This document shows positions 13,168 through 25,559 of a stretch of DNA of 64,000 nucleotides, piece by piece. The notes below the pieces were generated by a model. The model was not told the DNA's origin, ran no database searches, and worked only from the letters and a program-made list of their open reading frames with translations. How positions within the stretch are numbered: the first letter of the stretch is position 1; every line of letters begins with the position of its first letter. The DNA comes from Lama guanicoe. Taxonomy: Eukaryota. The stretch covers positions 8,816,077 to 8,880,076 of the forward strand of contig MU053652.1 of NCBI GenBank assembly GCA_013239625.1, in the 5' to 3' direction. Made by a program: the position numbers and the translations under genes.

Positions 13168-14239
13168 AAGAAAATTCTCCAAAACGTCTCAAAAGAAAAT
13201 TTATTTTAACTTATTGTAATTTTAACTTGTGTGTTCTATAGGAATGGGGAAAGTATGGCAAAATCAAATAGGCATTGATAGGATTCCAGAATACCAAAAT
13301 GATGAACCATCACTTTCTAGAGTTGTTCTCAATAACTAACAAGGATAACAGGGCTATTTTCTGTTATAGATTAAAAAAAAAGTCATCAAGGCAACTTTCT
13401 TTTTCTAATGCCTTAATATTCATGTTAGTTTCTGTATGCTAATTTCAGACATTAAGAAGTACATTTTTCATTTTAATTTACAAGTAATTAATAACAAATT
13501 GTGTAATAATGATGATAGGAACATTTTCAAACTTAGCTTTAATAATCACTAAACCAAATGTTTTAACTTGTCACACTCCTTTCCAAAACTCCTCTGGTTC
13601 CTCCTGTCATGCAATTAATTAGTTTGTCTTTAACTATAAGCTCAAATTATGACTTTTCATTCAACACCCTTTTAATCTCAAGATTCAGCTCCAAGAGGGC
13701 AACATTTTGAGATTCATCATTGTCTTCTACTTTTCATCCATCAAACAATTACTTTCTGTTCTTTTTAGATACCCATTAACATTACATTCAGGCATCTTAA
13801 ACAAAGGCACTTTCGGCCAAATAAAGATGGAATATGAACTCAACTCCAGTCTCCTCTGTGCTCTGGGTTTCAAAGTGTACATTTTCAAAAACTTAGCAGA
13901 ATTCATCTTCAAGTGATTGTCACTTCATTCATAGTGTATGCAGTTTACAATTGTATTCCATTTCTCCCTTCTGGCCCCTGTGGGCCATTCTGGTCATACA
14001 TTCTACTTCTACACATGTTGTAAATCCCGTAATACACTGATATCATTACTATGCCTTGAACAGGCAATTACCTTTTAAAAGAATTTAAATAATAAGAGAA
14101 AATGTTATGAACTCAACGGCTTGGCTAAGTTATTTTCCCAGCACTTTTTATTGTCTTGTAGAGATATTTTACTTCTTGAAGGACTTCCCTCGCCTTTTCT
14201 TGTAGTGCTTTCCGCTTTTTTACGTATGAGAATGTCTTT

Positions 14240-15075
14240 CTTTTACCTTCGTTTTGAAAAACATTTTTCTTTCAGTACTTCAAAGACACTGCTCCACTCT
14301 GCTAACTTGCTTCTCCCCCACCCCGTCCCCATAAGAAATGTGCTATCACGTTTGTTTGCTCCTCTGTACATAGATGTTTTTTCTCCCTCTCTAGCTGCTT
14401 TAAAGGTTTTCTCTTAAACACTGGCAATTTGATTATGATGTGCCTTGCTGTGGTTTTCTCCACGAAAATGTTCTTGAGTTTTATTCTAGGACACATTTAA
14501 ATGACTTGCAAGGAGTTTGGTCCTTGCAGGTTTTGTCAGGTGGGACCAAGTAGCCTCTAGTCGAGGATTGATTGTCCCCAGTTCTGGACCAAGATTCCTC
14601 TTAAGGACCCCCGCTGATGATCGGTGAAATGTGGGCTTTTGTCTTCTGGCTGTTGGGAACCAGCACTGTCACAGGCCCTGTGCGAGTCGGGGGCACTGTC
14701 CCCTCTGATCCTTCAGGGTGGTCTTCTCCCCCTCCTCAGATTGTTGCCTCATGTGCAAGGGGTGGTCAGTATTCAACTGACTTAGAGAACGTGGCGGGGA
14801 GAGGGGACAGGGCTCTTTCCTGTAAACTCCATCCGCCTTGGTTTTTCTGAACTGTCAGCTCCATCTACTCAGCTCAGGGAGACCCCTAGCTCTTCCTGGG
14901 TTCTTCTTCCCTGAGCCACAGCTTTGAAAGTTTCTCCTGGCATTAACCTGATCAACTATAAGGCTCATCGTATTTTGTTCCCTGCGTCTCAGGAATCACT
15001 CCTATGTTTTATGATGTCCAAAGTTTTGAGAACTTTTAAAATATTTTTTCATGAAATTTTAGTTGTTTCAGGGAG
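14240..15075 (-). mobile_element. Old L1 ORF1/5' region fragment
   Basis: ORF 14302..14496(-) contains EKTTARHIIIKL, similar to the L1 ORF1p motif TPRHIIIKL; boundaries approximate. Confidence 0.6.
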
Positions 15076-15085
15076 AGGGTTAATC

Positions 15086-15478
15086 TTTTTTTTTTTTTTT
15101 AATTGAAGTGTAGTCAGTTACAAGGTATCAATTTCTGGTGGGGTACAACGTCCCAGTCATGCATATACATACATATATTCATTTTTATATTCTTTTTCAT
15201 TAAAGGTTATTACAAGATATTGAACATAGTTCCCTGTGCCATACAGAAGAAATTTGGTTTTTATCTATTTTTATATATAGTGGCTAACATTTGCAAATCT
15301 CAAACTCCCAAATTTATCCCTTCCCACCCACTTTCGCCTGATAACCATAAGACTGTTGACTATGTCTACGAATCTATTTCTGTTTTGTAGATGAGTTCAT
15401 TAGTGTCCTCTTTTTTTAGATTCCACATATAAGTGATATCATATGGTATTTTTCTTTCCCTTTCTGGTTTATTTACCT
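15086..15478 (-). mobile_element. L1 3' UTR insertion (antisense), poly-T at left end
   Basis: T15 followed by aattgaagtgtagtcagttaca...agattccacatataagtgatatcatatggtattt; homologous to the 12848 and 9656 copies. Confidence 0.88.
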
Positions 15479-15515
15479 CATATTGACAGATGATTATCTT
15501 TTTTGTAAGTTAGAG

Positions 15516-15782
15516 CAATATTTCTCTATCTCGGCATAATTATCATTTTGGGCAGATAATTCTTTGTTTCAGGGGTTTGGAGGGAGGAGGGCTGTTCTAT
15601 GTATTATAGGATATTTGGCATCACCTCTGGCTGCTACCTACTAAATGCCAGCAGCAACCCACCCCTCGACCAAACTCCCCACCCCAGGTCTGACAACCCA
15701 AAATATCTCTAGAGACATGACCAAACGTTCCAGGGGGCAGGGACAAGGATGGGGAAGATTTACCCCCATTGGAGAACTGATG
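15516..15782 (-). mobile_element. MER20 (hAT-Charlie) DNA transposon
   Basis: Reverse complement of MER20 phrases: cattttgggcagataattctttgt, ggctgctacctactaaatgccagcagca, tgacaacccaaaatatctct. Confidence 0.8.
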
Positions 15783-16571
15783 AATTACAGTAACTAGAAA
15801 ATTACTTTTGGGAAAATGTCTCCCTCATTTGCTTGTGTTCCAGTATTTTTTCTTCGCATTCTAAGCGCAAGGAATACCCAGGGAGTGTGCTGATGTCACA
15901 ACAGGTGTCATCCATCTCACAGAGTGGCAGGAAAAGTGGTTGGAAATCACGAGCCTAGAACATTAAAATCATGGCTACAAGATGCAGAATTAATGAATAA
16001 AGGATCTGGTAATCAGTTGATTCAGATATCCATATAATTTCCTTCTAACAAAACCTTCCTATTAGATAACAATGTATTGATTGGTCTTAGTGGAACTGAA
16101 TTTTCCAGCCTCTTGACTGACTTGTTTAAGAAGCTGTACTTGTTCTAAAAAGCCAAACTTCCAGTTCTGTTAAGGGCTTTCTTGAATTCTGGGCTGTTAG
16201 TGAAGTTTTCTATCAGAGCAGACCTTGCTGTTTTATCTTTCTTTAAAAAAAAATGGAAAGGAGAGGAAATAAGAAAGAAAAATGTGTTTCTGCCTTGTGG
16301 GAATGAGAGTGCTGGCTGTGACCTCTCAGAGATGCCGCTGGACTGCCCCAGAGAGCAATTTTTTTTGCCTTTAGTCTTTTCCTCCCTTCCTTGAATCCCT
16401 TACTATTCCTTCTTCTTCTTTATTTTCTTTTTTCTTTCTTGATCATCTCTTGCAAGAACAACTTTTAGAGTCATTAATGGGAACAGAAAATAACATAAGA
16501 TTAAAATGACTAGAAGTGTATACATTCCTAACCCATTTAAATATGTTTCTCATTTCTTTGCTGACCTATAG

Positions 16572-16580
16572 CTGGTAAGG
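16572..16580 (+). CDS. CADPS2: CADPS2 9-nt alternative microexon CTGGTAAGG; inclusion gives L-S-G-K-D-A-D-R, skipping gives L-Y-A-D-R
   Basis: ttctcatttctttgctgacctatAG|CTGGTAAGG|GTAAGT; phase 1-1 fits the flanking exons; reproduces the HADAQLSGKDADRF peptide I recall from CAPS2. Confidence 0.92.
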
Positions 16581-19500
16581 GTAAGTATTTTCATGATTTT
16601 TTTTCTGTTTTACTCTATTAAAATTTTTGTAGTTATAGGATTTTTTTGAAGTAATATGATCTTGCTTATAGTGTCAGTCTCCTGCTTTCTAGACAAACCC
16701 AGAATATTTACATTAACTTTACTTTCATGAAACCAAAGTATCTTTTTTGCCACAACAGAAAAGTAGGAACAACCTGGTATTTATCATTCACATGGGCCTA
16801 AAGGAAATGGCTATGAAGCTGTTACAATAGCATGCAAAAAAATGCTCTACAATGTTAAATGGAAAAATGCAGATTATATATGTGATAGTATTTCCACTCT
16901 GTCAAAAAACAATTTCAAAATATAGGTAGAATTATGCCTTAGATATTTATAGTGGATGAGTTTAATTGGAGGGACTAGTTGCTAATTTATTTCCTCTGTT
17001 TCCTGAATTTTCTTTGAAGTATCTATTTATAACTTAAAAAAGATAAAGCTCATTTTTAAAACTATGCATACTGAATGTTTAGGGATAGTCAGAATAAAAT
17101 AATAAATGTATAAAATCTAACTTACTAGGGATAACAATGTTATCTTTTTTAAATTAAAAATTATAGTAGGTATTTATAGATTTATTCAATAAGCAGATCT
17201 GTTCTACTTCCTTATTTCTTTGACTTACAGGACATATAGATATTCTAGGGAAGAGGGTTAACTGAAGTGGGGTTGGGGGAGTGTTACCCAATTTTTCAGC
17301 TTCAAATAGTGCACTGCCTTTTGCCGTACTGACAGACGTTGATTGGTTAAACTATCCTTCTTTGCTGTCTCCAACAAAATACTATGCAGGCACCTTTTTG
17401 TTTTCATTTTTTCTCTCATTTAGGCATATAACATAATATGTATGTTATATAACACAATAGAACACAGACCTAGTTGACTTCCAACAATAAATTAATGTCA
17501 AAAATGAACAGGAATACTTACCTTCTTTTAAATTTTAAGCTAAATTTTTAAAAGATTCTTAAATCAGAGTGCAAACTTACATTTAATTTTATGAGTTCTC
17601 CTCATCTAATAAGTTGAATTTCACCCTTTATAAAGTATGTCCTATTTTACATTGAATATATTATTTCAAATAAATATTGAATATTGGCTTACTTTGCCTA
17701 TGATTATAGGTCTGTGTGTATTGATTAAAATTGTCATCATGTAAAAATGCTACTTATTTATTATTTGCTGCAGAAAGCAGGATGTGTAAATCTATACATC
17801 CATTTTTAATCAATTTACCAAAACAAGCTAAGAAATTATTTGGATCAATAATAGAGGTGTGAACAAACTTCTCATTAATATATCTATCAACCATTTCTGC
17901 TAGGTCTTCTGCATAAAACATTTGTCCATGATTATACCAACCAGATAACTCTACATAAACATTTAAAATGTTAAACTCTTCACCTTAAAGGCTGTCAGGT
18001 GCTGTGAATAGAGAACTGATATGTCTCTGTGCCACATTTAACTTGCTGTAAATTTTTCAGCTCAGTGAGAGTTGGAGCTAAAAGGAAAGTCTAATCAAAT
18101 GTGGGTAGTGGTCAGTACAGCTATAAGCAAACTCCTAAGCATAGGATAATTTTAAAACACGTTATTGTATTTCAAAAGGTCCCTTTGCTGCTTAGTTTAG
18201 CTCAAGATTTTGCAGAGAAGCAGACAGTCTCTTAGCTAGCAGCATCCTCTTCTTCGTCCTTTTGGTGCTTGAGTCCCAGGCCTGGACTCTGAGGTCCTGA
18301 GTGGTCTCAGAGGCTAATAAATGACCTCCTCTTCTACAGTGGTCCCCTCACCCCTTACCCCAACTCTGCTTCTTCCGCTTTCCCTTTTATATCCCTGATC
18401 TCTCACACCACCAGGAAAAGGAAAAAAAAAAAAAAGCAGCATTCTTAGCATCAGTTGCAAATAAAAGAGAAACATTTCAGTTAATAATTTTTCCCCTTCT
18501 CACATTCTGAACTCTGACGTAAGTGCTCTTCCTGGGACTTGGATGCCTGAGCACACAGGAGCTGGCTGTGTTCAGCACCCACCAAATAGCCCTTCCGCTG
18601 CAGTGGGACCTGCCAGCTTGCTAATAGACCTCACGTGGCTTTCTCTGCTGGCTATTTTCAAGTCAATGTTAACTGTTTAAATTGATACTGCCAGCCTACT
18701 TACTATTCTTTCCTCTTGACTTCCAACAGCTATTCCCCTAATGAAAAAATTTTCAATTTCAGGCTCCATTTGAATAAAGCACCATAATTTCTCAAACCTA
18801 TAGCGAATCATAGTCTTTCTCAATTTGGGTTTTATTCCATCCACGTTTACCACACCTGGTGACAGTACCACCTAAAGACGCTGGAGCATATATCTAACTG
18901 TTACCATAGAAACTCTCCACCAGTATCCTCAATTACCATGTCCCACATCTGTACTTAGTCCATAGGTTAATCATCACAATTTATGACAGTTTTGCAGGTA
19001 CATTGTTTTAGCTCATATCTTGTTGGTTTCTTTGGATGATTTTCTTATATTGTTTCAGAAGACAAACTGAACTGAACTGAGTTGTCACTGAACATTTGGT
19101 AGTTTCATGAATAATTTTGTTTAAAACTGGTCACCATAGTTTTTGTTATAATAAACATCGATTGAAGATAATTGAGTATAACTCAGTTTTAAAGCAAGTT
19201 TTCCATTTGATCCAAATGATACCTCTGCGTTACCCTAATGGTTAAAGAAAGATACGTTATGACCAGAGGAAACTACATGAAAATATTCTTTTATAAAAAT
19301 AAGAAACTAGATATTTTAATGAGAGTTATTTTCTTATTTTACTTTAGTTCATGAGAGAATTTTAAAGTGAAAGATTTCTCACACAGGGTGATCAAAACTG
19401 TTGCCTTTTCAATTGATTTTTATTCATCAATTCATGGAAACTCGTGGTAAAATAGTGCATGGTGAAGTATATTTGCATAAAATATTTTGAATTGTGCTGA

Positions 19501-20425
19501 TCAGACCTAGAAGTGGATTAGAGAGGCTTGTCTTCACAGCCTGTGTTTGAAGAAGGAATAATCCCAAAGAGTACATTTTACTTTCATAGAATTATAGCCC
19601 CGGAGAGATTGTAGATTGTTGTTGCTTAATAAAAATTTTAGTGGGTTTGTTTGCCTGTATATTTTTTCATTGTCAATAAACAGTCTGTGTTTGTGGCTTA
19701 AATTGCTATCATGAATATTGTTTTGATCATTAGTGGTAATTGCTGGAAAAGTACCTTTCCATTCATGTGTGTGATCTGGAAAGGCTTATCATGTTAGTAA
19801 ATATACGGTTTAGAATTATATTTCGTGAGAAAAATACTTCATAAGGTAAATTCATTTTTAAAAATATGACAATCATAAAAATGAACTATAGACTCTTTTT
19901 TTTTTCAGGAACTTGTACATTTTATTTAAAGACTGTATACCCATTGTTTTAAAATAAGAATTTGCTTTTACAAACCTTCATAGTAAAGGAGAATTATGGA
20001 TTTTTTCTCTGAAACTTGTTACATATCCTGTTCTCAACAGATAAACCATTAGTGGGTGTTATTTTTAACTTCTTGTTATGACCTTCTCTGGAGAAAGAAA
20101 TAATGAATAAAATTCAGCAGATGTTTTATAAAACTAGTAATTTAATTTCATAAAGGTGGTACTAAAAAATTTTTTTTACACATAAATGGAAGGATGAAGA
20201 TTCTAAGACAAATTCTTTAAAATACAAAATAATCTTTGATTTTATAATATGTGCACCTTGCATTTTTCAATATTCTGCCTCTTACTCATTTAATATGATT
20301 TCACATTATCATATATTTAACTTTATATTAAAAGACTATCAGACATAAGTAAAATACAAAAGAAGTTGGATTGTCTCATTTCTCCGTTCAAGAAAAACAC
20401 TTTAGTTTAGTGTTCATCCAATTAA

Positions 20426-20468
20426 TACTAATTTACCACATGTAATGTATTTAATCTCTCAGGTAAGT
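20426..20468 (+). other. Candidate recursive splice site (3' splice site abutting a 5' splice site) or cryptic exon donor
   Basis: TACTAAT branch-like motif 20426-20432, no AG from 20411 to 20460, then ttaatctctcAG|GTAAGT. Confidence 0.4.
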
Positions 20469-21839
20469 AATCATTAATTGCAAAAGAATACATATGCTAC
20501 TTTCCCCAAAGAGCCGAAGCTCATACCTGACATCATCAATAAATGGCCATTCATTGCTTGCTTGCCGCAGTCACCTTTTGATATCTGTCATTGATGTGAG
20601 ATATAAATTAGTTTGTGTATCTTTTTTTTTCAACATGGGATTCTGAAGACCCTTCAGCTTGAATTATATAGTTCTCCCATCCACAAGTATGGCTGAAAGT
20701 TGAACTTGACATGGATCAATAGGATCTGGGCTAAATATCTAAATGTGACTGATTATGTTAGCATCATGTCCACAGATCAATATTGAGTTTTATTATGAGA
20801 CTGACTCTATAATTGGGTTTAATCAATAAACTTTTGTCTCCTTTCCTTTGCAATTTTAGGGTTGTACCATATAGGGTTTTTAAAAACTACATTTAGCTTA
20901 CATTTAGGACCCTGCTGCTTGTGATGACCAGAAATGGGATCTATCTGTGAATTTTAAGGAACAATGGAGCCTCGACTCCACCATTGTGAGGAGAGCCCAC
21001 TTTTATCTTGATAACTGATTGCTTGCCCAATACGCGCTACCATCTCTAACGGAGCTAATGTGGTAACACCCCAGCACTCCTTTGGGGTGGTCTGTGGCTC
21101 TCCTCTCTCTCTCTCTCCTTAGCAAATAACTCACATTGAAGACTTTGACAAAACATACCATTAATGAAAGCAATCATAAAAGCTTGCCTTTTGATAAACC
21201 CGCAGGGTCTATAGGCGTTGAAAGATGCAATCTGGAAAGAACAATAAATTTGGGCCTTTGACTGAAGTGCCATTTGGGACGTTGTGCTTTGTCTGCATAT
21301 TTGCACAAACACGATGCTCCCTTTTTCGTATGTCTTAAACTCGAAGCCTGAGAGCATTCATTGCCATTTCTACATTAAACTTAGTCCCATTAAAAGCTCC
21401 CTACAAAAAAGACTGGAAGTGATCCAGCTGAAGCTAGTGTGTTCATTTCTGCCCTAGTTTGCCATTTGGAAAGCAGGCATCCAGCCGTCTTTGTGGTTTG
21501 TTTTTTGTTTTGTTTTGTTTTGTTTTAGTATGAATAGGCCTGGGTTCTTTTCCAGGCAGTTCCTTCAGTAAATATAGACTTTAAATGCACCAACTTTTCT
21601 TAAAATTGGCAGGAAAAAAAAGGGTTATTTCTGAGATGGATATTTGAAGTAGCTTTGAATGAAAATAAAATTTCCTCATGCCAAATGATGGGCAGATTTT
21701 TCCCTGTCATTTTTATTTAAGCTCCTCCCAAAATTGCAATTTACATTAATAAGCTGAATTCTTGGCGCCGTATTTTATGCCACGGAGGATAGTCTTCTGT
21801 CATCACGAGGCATACATTTTGTGTTTAAAAACCACCATT

Positions 21840-21960
21840 GTGGTAGAGTGTGTGCTTAGCTGGATTCAATCCCCAGTCCCTCCTCTAAAAATAAAAAAAG
21901 AAATAAACTTAATCCCCCTGCCCCCTCAAAAAAAACCTGAAAATAAAAATTAATTAATTT
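21840..21960 (+). mobile_element. Truncated and internally deleted tRNA-derived SINE (same family), ~75 nt upstream of exon D
   Basis: gtggtagagtgtgtgcttagc-[deletion]-tggattcaatccccagt, A-rich linker, aaacttaatcccc tail. Confidence 0.8.
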
Positions 21961-22034
21961 TAGAAACTTAATACCATTACCTATTATTAAATCAGAAAAA
22001 TAAATGTATTCAACATGCTTTTCTGAATTTACAG

Positions 22035-22171
22035 ATGCAGACCGTTTTCAGAAACATGGGATGGATGAGTTCATTTCTGCAAATCCCTGCAAGCTTGACC
22101 ATGACTTCCTTTTTAGAATACTGCAGAGGCAGACTTTGGATCACAGACTGAATGATTCCTATTCTTGCTTG
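22035..22171 (+). CDS. CADPS2: CADPS2 internal coding exon D, 137 nt, phase 1 to 0
   Basis: Acceptor ttctgaatttacAG, donor TTG|gttagt; [45 protein letters not shown]; in ORF 22004..22210. Confidence 0.97.
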
Positions 22172-24434
22172 GTTAGTACAAACCTGTCTGTCTCATCTGC
22201 TATAGGTTAGAGTGAAAGATTTTTAAAAGTGAGAAATAGTTGCCATGAAGCGACCTATTATCCACGACTCGTCTAATAACTATAGTTCGAGTTTAGGGGT
22301 AAAGGATCCCAATCGATTGCTTCCCAATTTGAAAATTATACACTTGAAGACCACTGCTGTGCCACTCAATAGACAAGAGAATGGACTCGGACAGACCCTG
22401 CTGAACTGTGGTTTCTCGGTCCCTCCGGAGAAGGCGGAATGAAAATAGAAGGCTTGGATAAAGATTAAAAAAATCCTCTGTGCTAGGATTTGCTGACACC
22501 TGTATAGACATCTTAAGGTTTAAATTCTGCTCACCAATGTTGATATTGTTCATGTCTCTCTTTTGTTCCTAGAAAGACAGCCTAAGGGACAGAAGGGAGA
22601 ATCAGTGGGATAAACAATATGACAGGGGCTCTTGTAACAGAGGAAAGCTTTAGTGTCATCTAAGCCTCCGAAGATCATTTGAATTCCTTAAAAAAAAAAA
22701 AAGGAATTAGATCAAGTAGCTAAACTGCTACCTTGTTTGTACTTAAACCAGCCAAAATTTAGGATACAAAGTATAATTTACATTTGGAAGGAATACTTGA
22801 CTCCTCAGAATGTGAGCATTCAACTATAGCCTAAGAAGCATATGTGCCTTTAAATTCAAGGATTTATTTTCTTAGTGGCAATTCCTCTGGAATTTTTCCA
22901 GCCAGAATATGCCTGTTTCTATCACTGCTAAGTCTTTTGGCTGCTGAATGTGGCAACTGCATGCAGTGAAGTTACACTTTCTTAAAAATAAGGTTTTAGA
23001 CGGGATGTGCCCTCAGCACATCAGAGATGTTTCAGTAGACAGGAAGAAACGAAACAGCGTGCTGCTGTGATCACACTGAGCGTTCATTAATTCACTTATA
23101 GACTCTTTACAAAGTGTCATTCAACATGTAATTGTGTAGCTGAAACCAGATCCAGCCCAGACTTTACAATTACACGGAGAGTAAAACGAGTCATCACAAA
23201 ACGCTATGATGAATTTCCATGGAGGAGCCCACAGAGTGAACCTCAATAAGGAACAATTTCCTCCTGGATTCCACTCAGTGGGGTTAGTTACTGAATTGCC
23301 AAAAGTTATTTCGATTATGTGGATGACCCCACATGTATACGGAGCATGAGGAGAACCCTTCAGTGTCTTCCACTGCACCTAGACGGTAGGTGCGATTAGA
23401 GAGAGTGTTTGAAGGACAGGGTGACGCTGGATGTAAGTCATGGCTCAGCAGCTGATTTGCAGGATAGTTTTGATTAATTCACTGACCATCTGTGAACTTC
23501 AGCTTATATATCTGTAATGTGAGCTCATAATACCTACCAAGCATGATGGTTCCAAATACTAAAGATTATATGGAGTATGTCTAGTGCAGTGCCTGCACCA
23601 TTGCTGTAGGAATGATATTCTGGTCTTCTTTTTTCTCCTCTTCCTTTATTTCCCCCCCTAATTGCAGTGTCATCTTCCTGCATTTCTCACGATTCTTTTC
23701 CTTCTCTTGCACAATTATACTGCCCCCTAGGAAAACTCTCCATTCCCTCTTCTTTCTCTTTTTTATCTTGAATTAATCCATGTAATCCACTGAAACATTT
23801 TATAAACCGGCTCAACCCCACCTTGTCCTCCCGTGTTAGCCAAGCAGGCTGCCTGCTGTTTTAGTCCACACACCCCCACCCTAACATCTCATTTCAAGAG
23901 AGACAGAAACTACGCCTATAAAACATTAACTTTGTTCTATTGGTCATAAAAGGACAATAAAATGGGAACAATATCCTCAATATTTAAATCCCCAAATAGC
24001 ACATGTTTTCTCTGCTAGACTTACTGAAATTCTCTTTATTTACTTTGTAAAATCCTTTTGGGAACCGGGCAATCTCAGCTAGCATGTCTGCTGTACCGTA
24101 TTCTCTTTAATTGATTCATATAGAGATTGAAGGTGTTTTTGGAATGTCATTCTTTGTGACTGACAGTTTCAATGCTGTGACTAAAATTTGATTTTGAGTG
24201 ACAGTGGAGAAGAACACTGCCCATGGCTCACTGTGGCAGTAACGAGAGGTCTGTACTGTTGCCAGGGTTCCAAATCCATTCCCAGATCGATGCTCCTAGC
24301 TCTCCTGAAAACAATATGAAACATACTAATAAAATAAAGTCAGGAGACACTGTGATGCAGCTTCTGCTTATAATGCCTCATAGTGCCAACAGCAAAGCAA
24401 AATCTTTTTTTGTTTTTCTTTTTCCCTTTTGCAG

Positions 24435-24622
24435 GGTTGGTTTAGCCCTGGCCAAGTCTTTGTGTTAGATGAGTACTGTGCCCGTTATGGCGTGAGGGGC
24501 TGTCACAGACATCTCTGCTACCTGACAGAACTGATGGAACATTCAGAAAATGGTGCTGTCATTGACCCAACCCTGCTCCATTACAGCTTTGCATTCTGCG
24601 CCTCTCACGTGCACGGCAACAG
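24435..24622 (+). CDS. CADPS2: CADPS2 internal coding exon E, 188 nt, phase 0 to 2
   Basis: Long pyrimidine tract plus gcAG, donor AG|gtattt; [62 protein letters not shown](R); in ORF 24429..24713. Confidence 0.97.
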
Positions 24623-24743
24623 GTATTTTTTTTTTTTTACTTGCAAACACGCAGTGAAATGTGGAGGGTTGACTTGGGAAGAGAGAAAAATGTACTTTAC
24701 CGTGATCACCTAGTAACAGATTTTAAATAGCAAATGCTTCTTG

Positions 24744-24745
<2 letters not shown>

Positions 24746-24773
<28 letters not shown>
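24746..24773 (+). repeat. (AG)14 microsatellite followed by an A run
   Basis: Read directly. Confidence 0.95.
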
Positions 24774-24778
<5 letters not shown>

Positions 24779-25559
24779 AAAAACCCACAAAGGAAAAATG
24801 TACATCAACATGCTGTTGATTTAGGTTGGCTGCACTTTATGTTTCTTTTTGCCATTAAAGCCACTTGAAACACAGAGGGAGAATAGCTGTGAGATTAGAA
24901 GTTGCCTTTTAGTTCTGACGTACCACCTTGCAGTAGGGTCTGCAAAGCTCAAGTGTCCTCCGTATTTCTACTGTAATGCATATGTATGTCTGGGGAGGGC
25001 TTGTGATAGGTTTGTATGTACCTAATGATTCTTGCTTTTCCACTGTGGAATAAGCTTTCTTTGATAAAGCAAGATAGGCAATGAGTTTATGTAGAGTCTC
25101 CTCCCAGCCCCTTCCCTAATCTACACTCTAGGAACGAATGTCCCCTTTTGGTCTCTGAGCCAGTGACCTCACCTCTCGCTTTACCAAAAGGGAAAAAAAT
25201 TTCACCTAATGCAGACACCCACAACTGGATACCTCTGAACTTAAAAATCTCTCCATGTGACTCGCTCTCTTCTCTCAATCTTGTTCCAGGGAACCTTCAC
25301 CAGACAGGGCTCCTCCCACAAAGGCGGAACCCCTTATCTCATCCCCTTTTTCATCATGCTTCCACCATTATCCATCTTTCCCTCTTTCTATTTCCTTTCT
25401 TCCCACAAGCCTAAGCATCCCCTAGCCTCACAACGTAACGGAGTGGTGATCCCTATTGACTCGGAGAGGTAAGACAAGTTTCTGCGTCCAGTTGTGTCTC
25501 CACTGCCCGGTCTATCAGAAAGACAGAAGACAGTAACTCTCAGAAGTCACAGGCTGTGA

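Noticed and set aside
18571..18592. REST/NRSF-like site beginning TTCAGCACC
   Set aside because: Only the left half-site; the GGACAGCGCC half is absent at the required spacing
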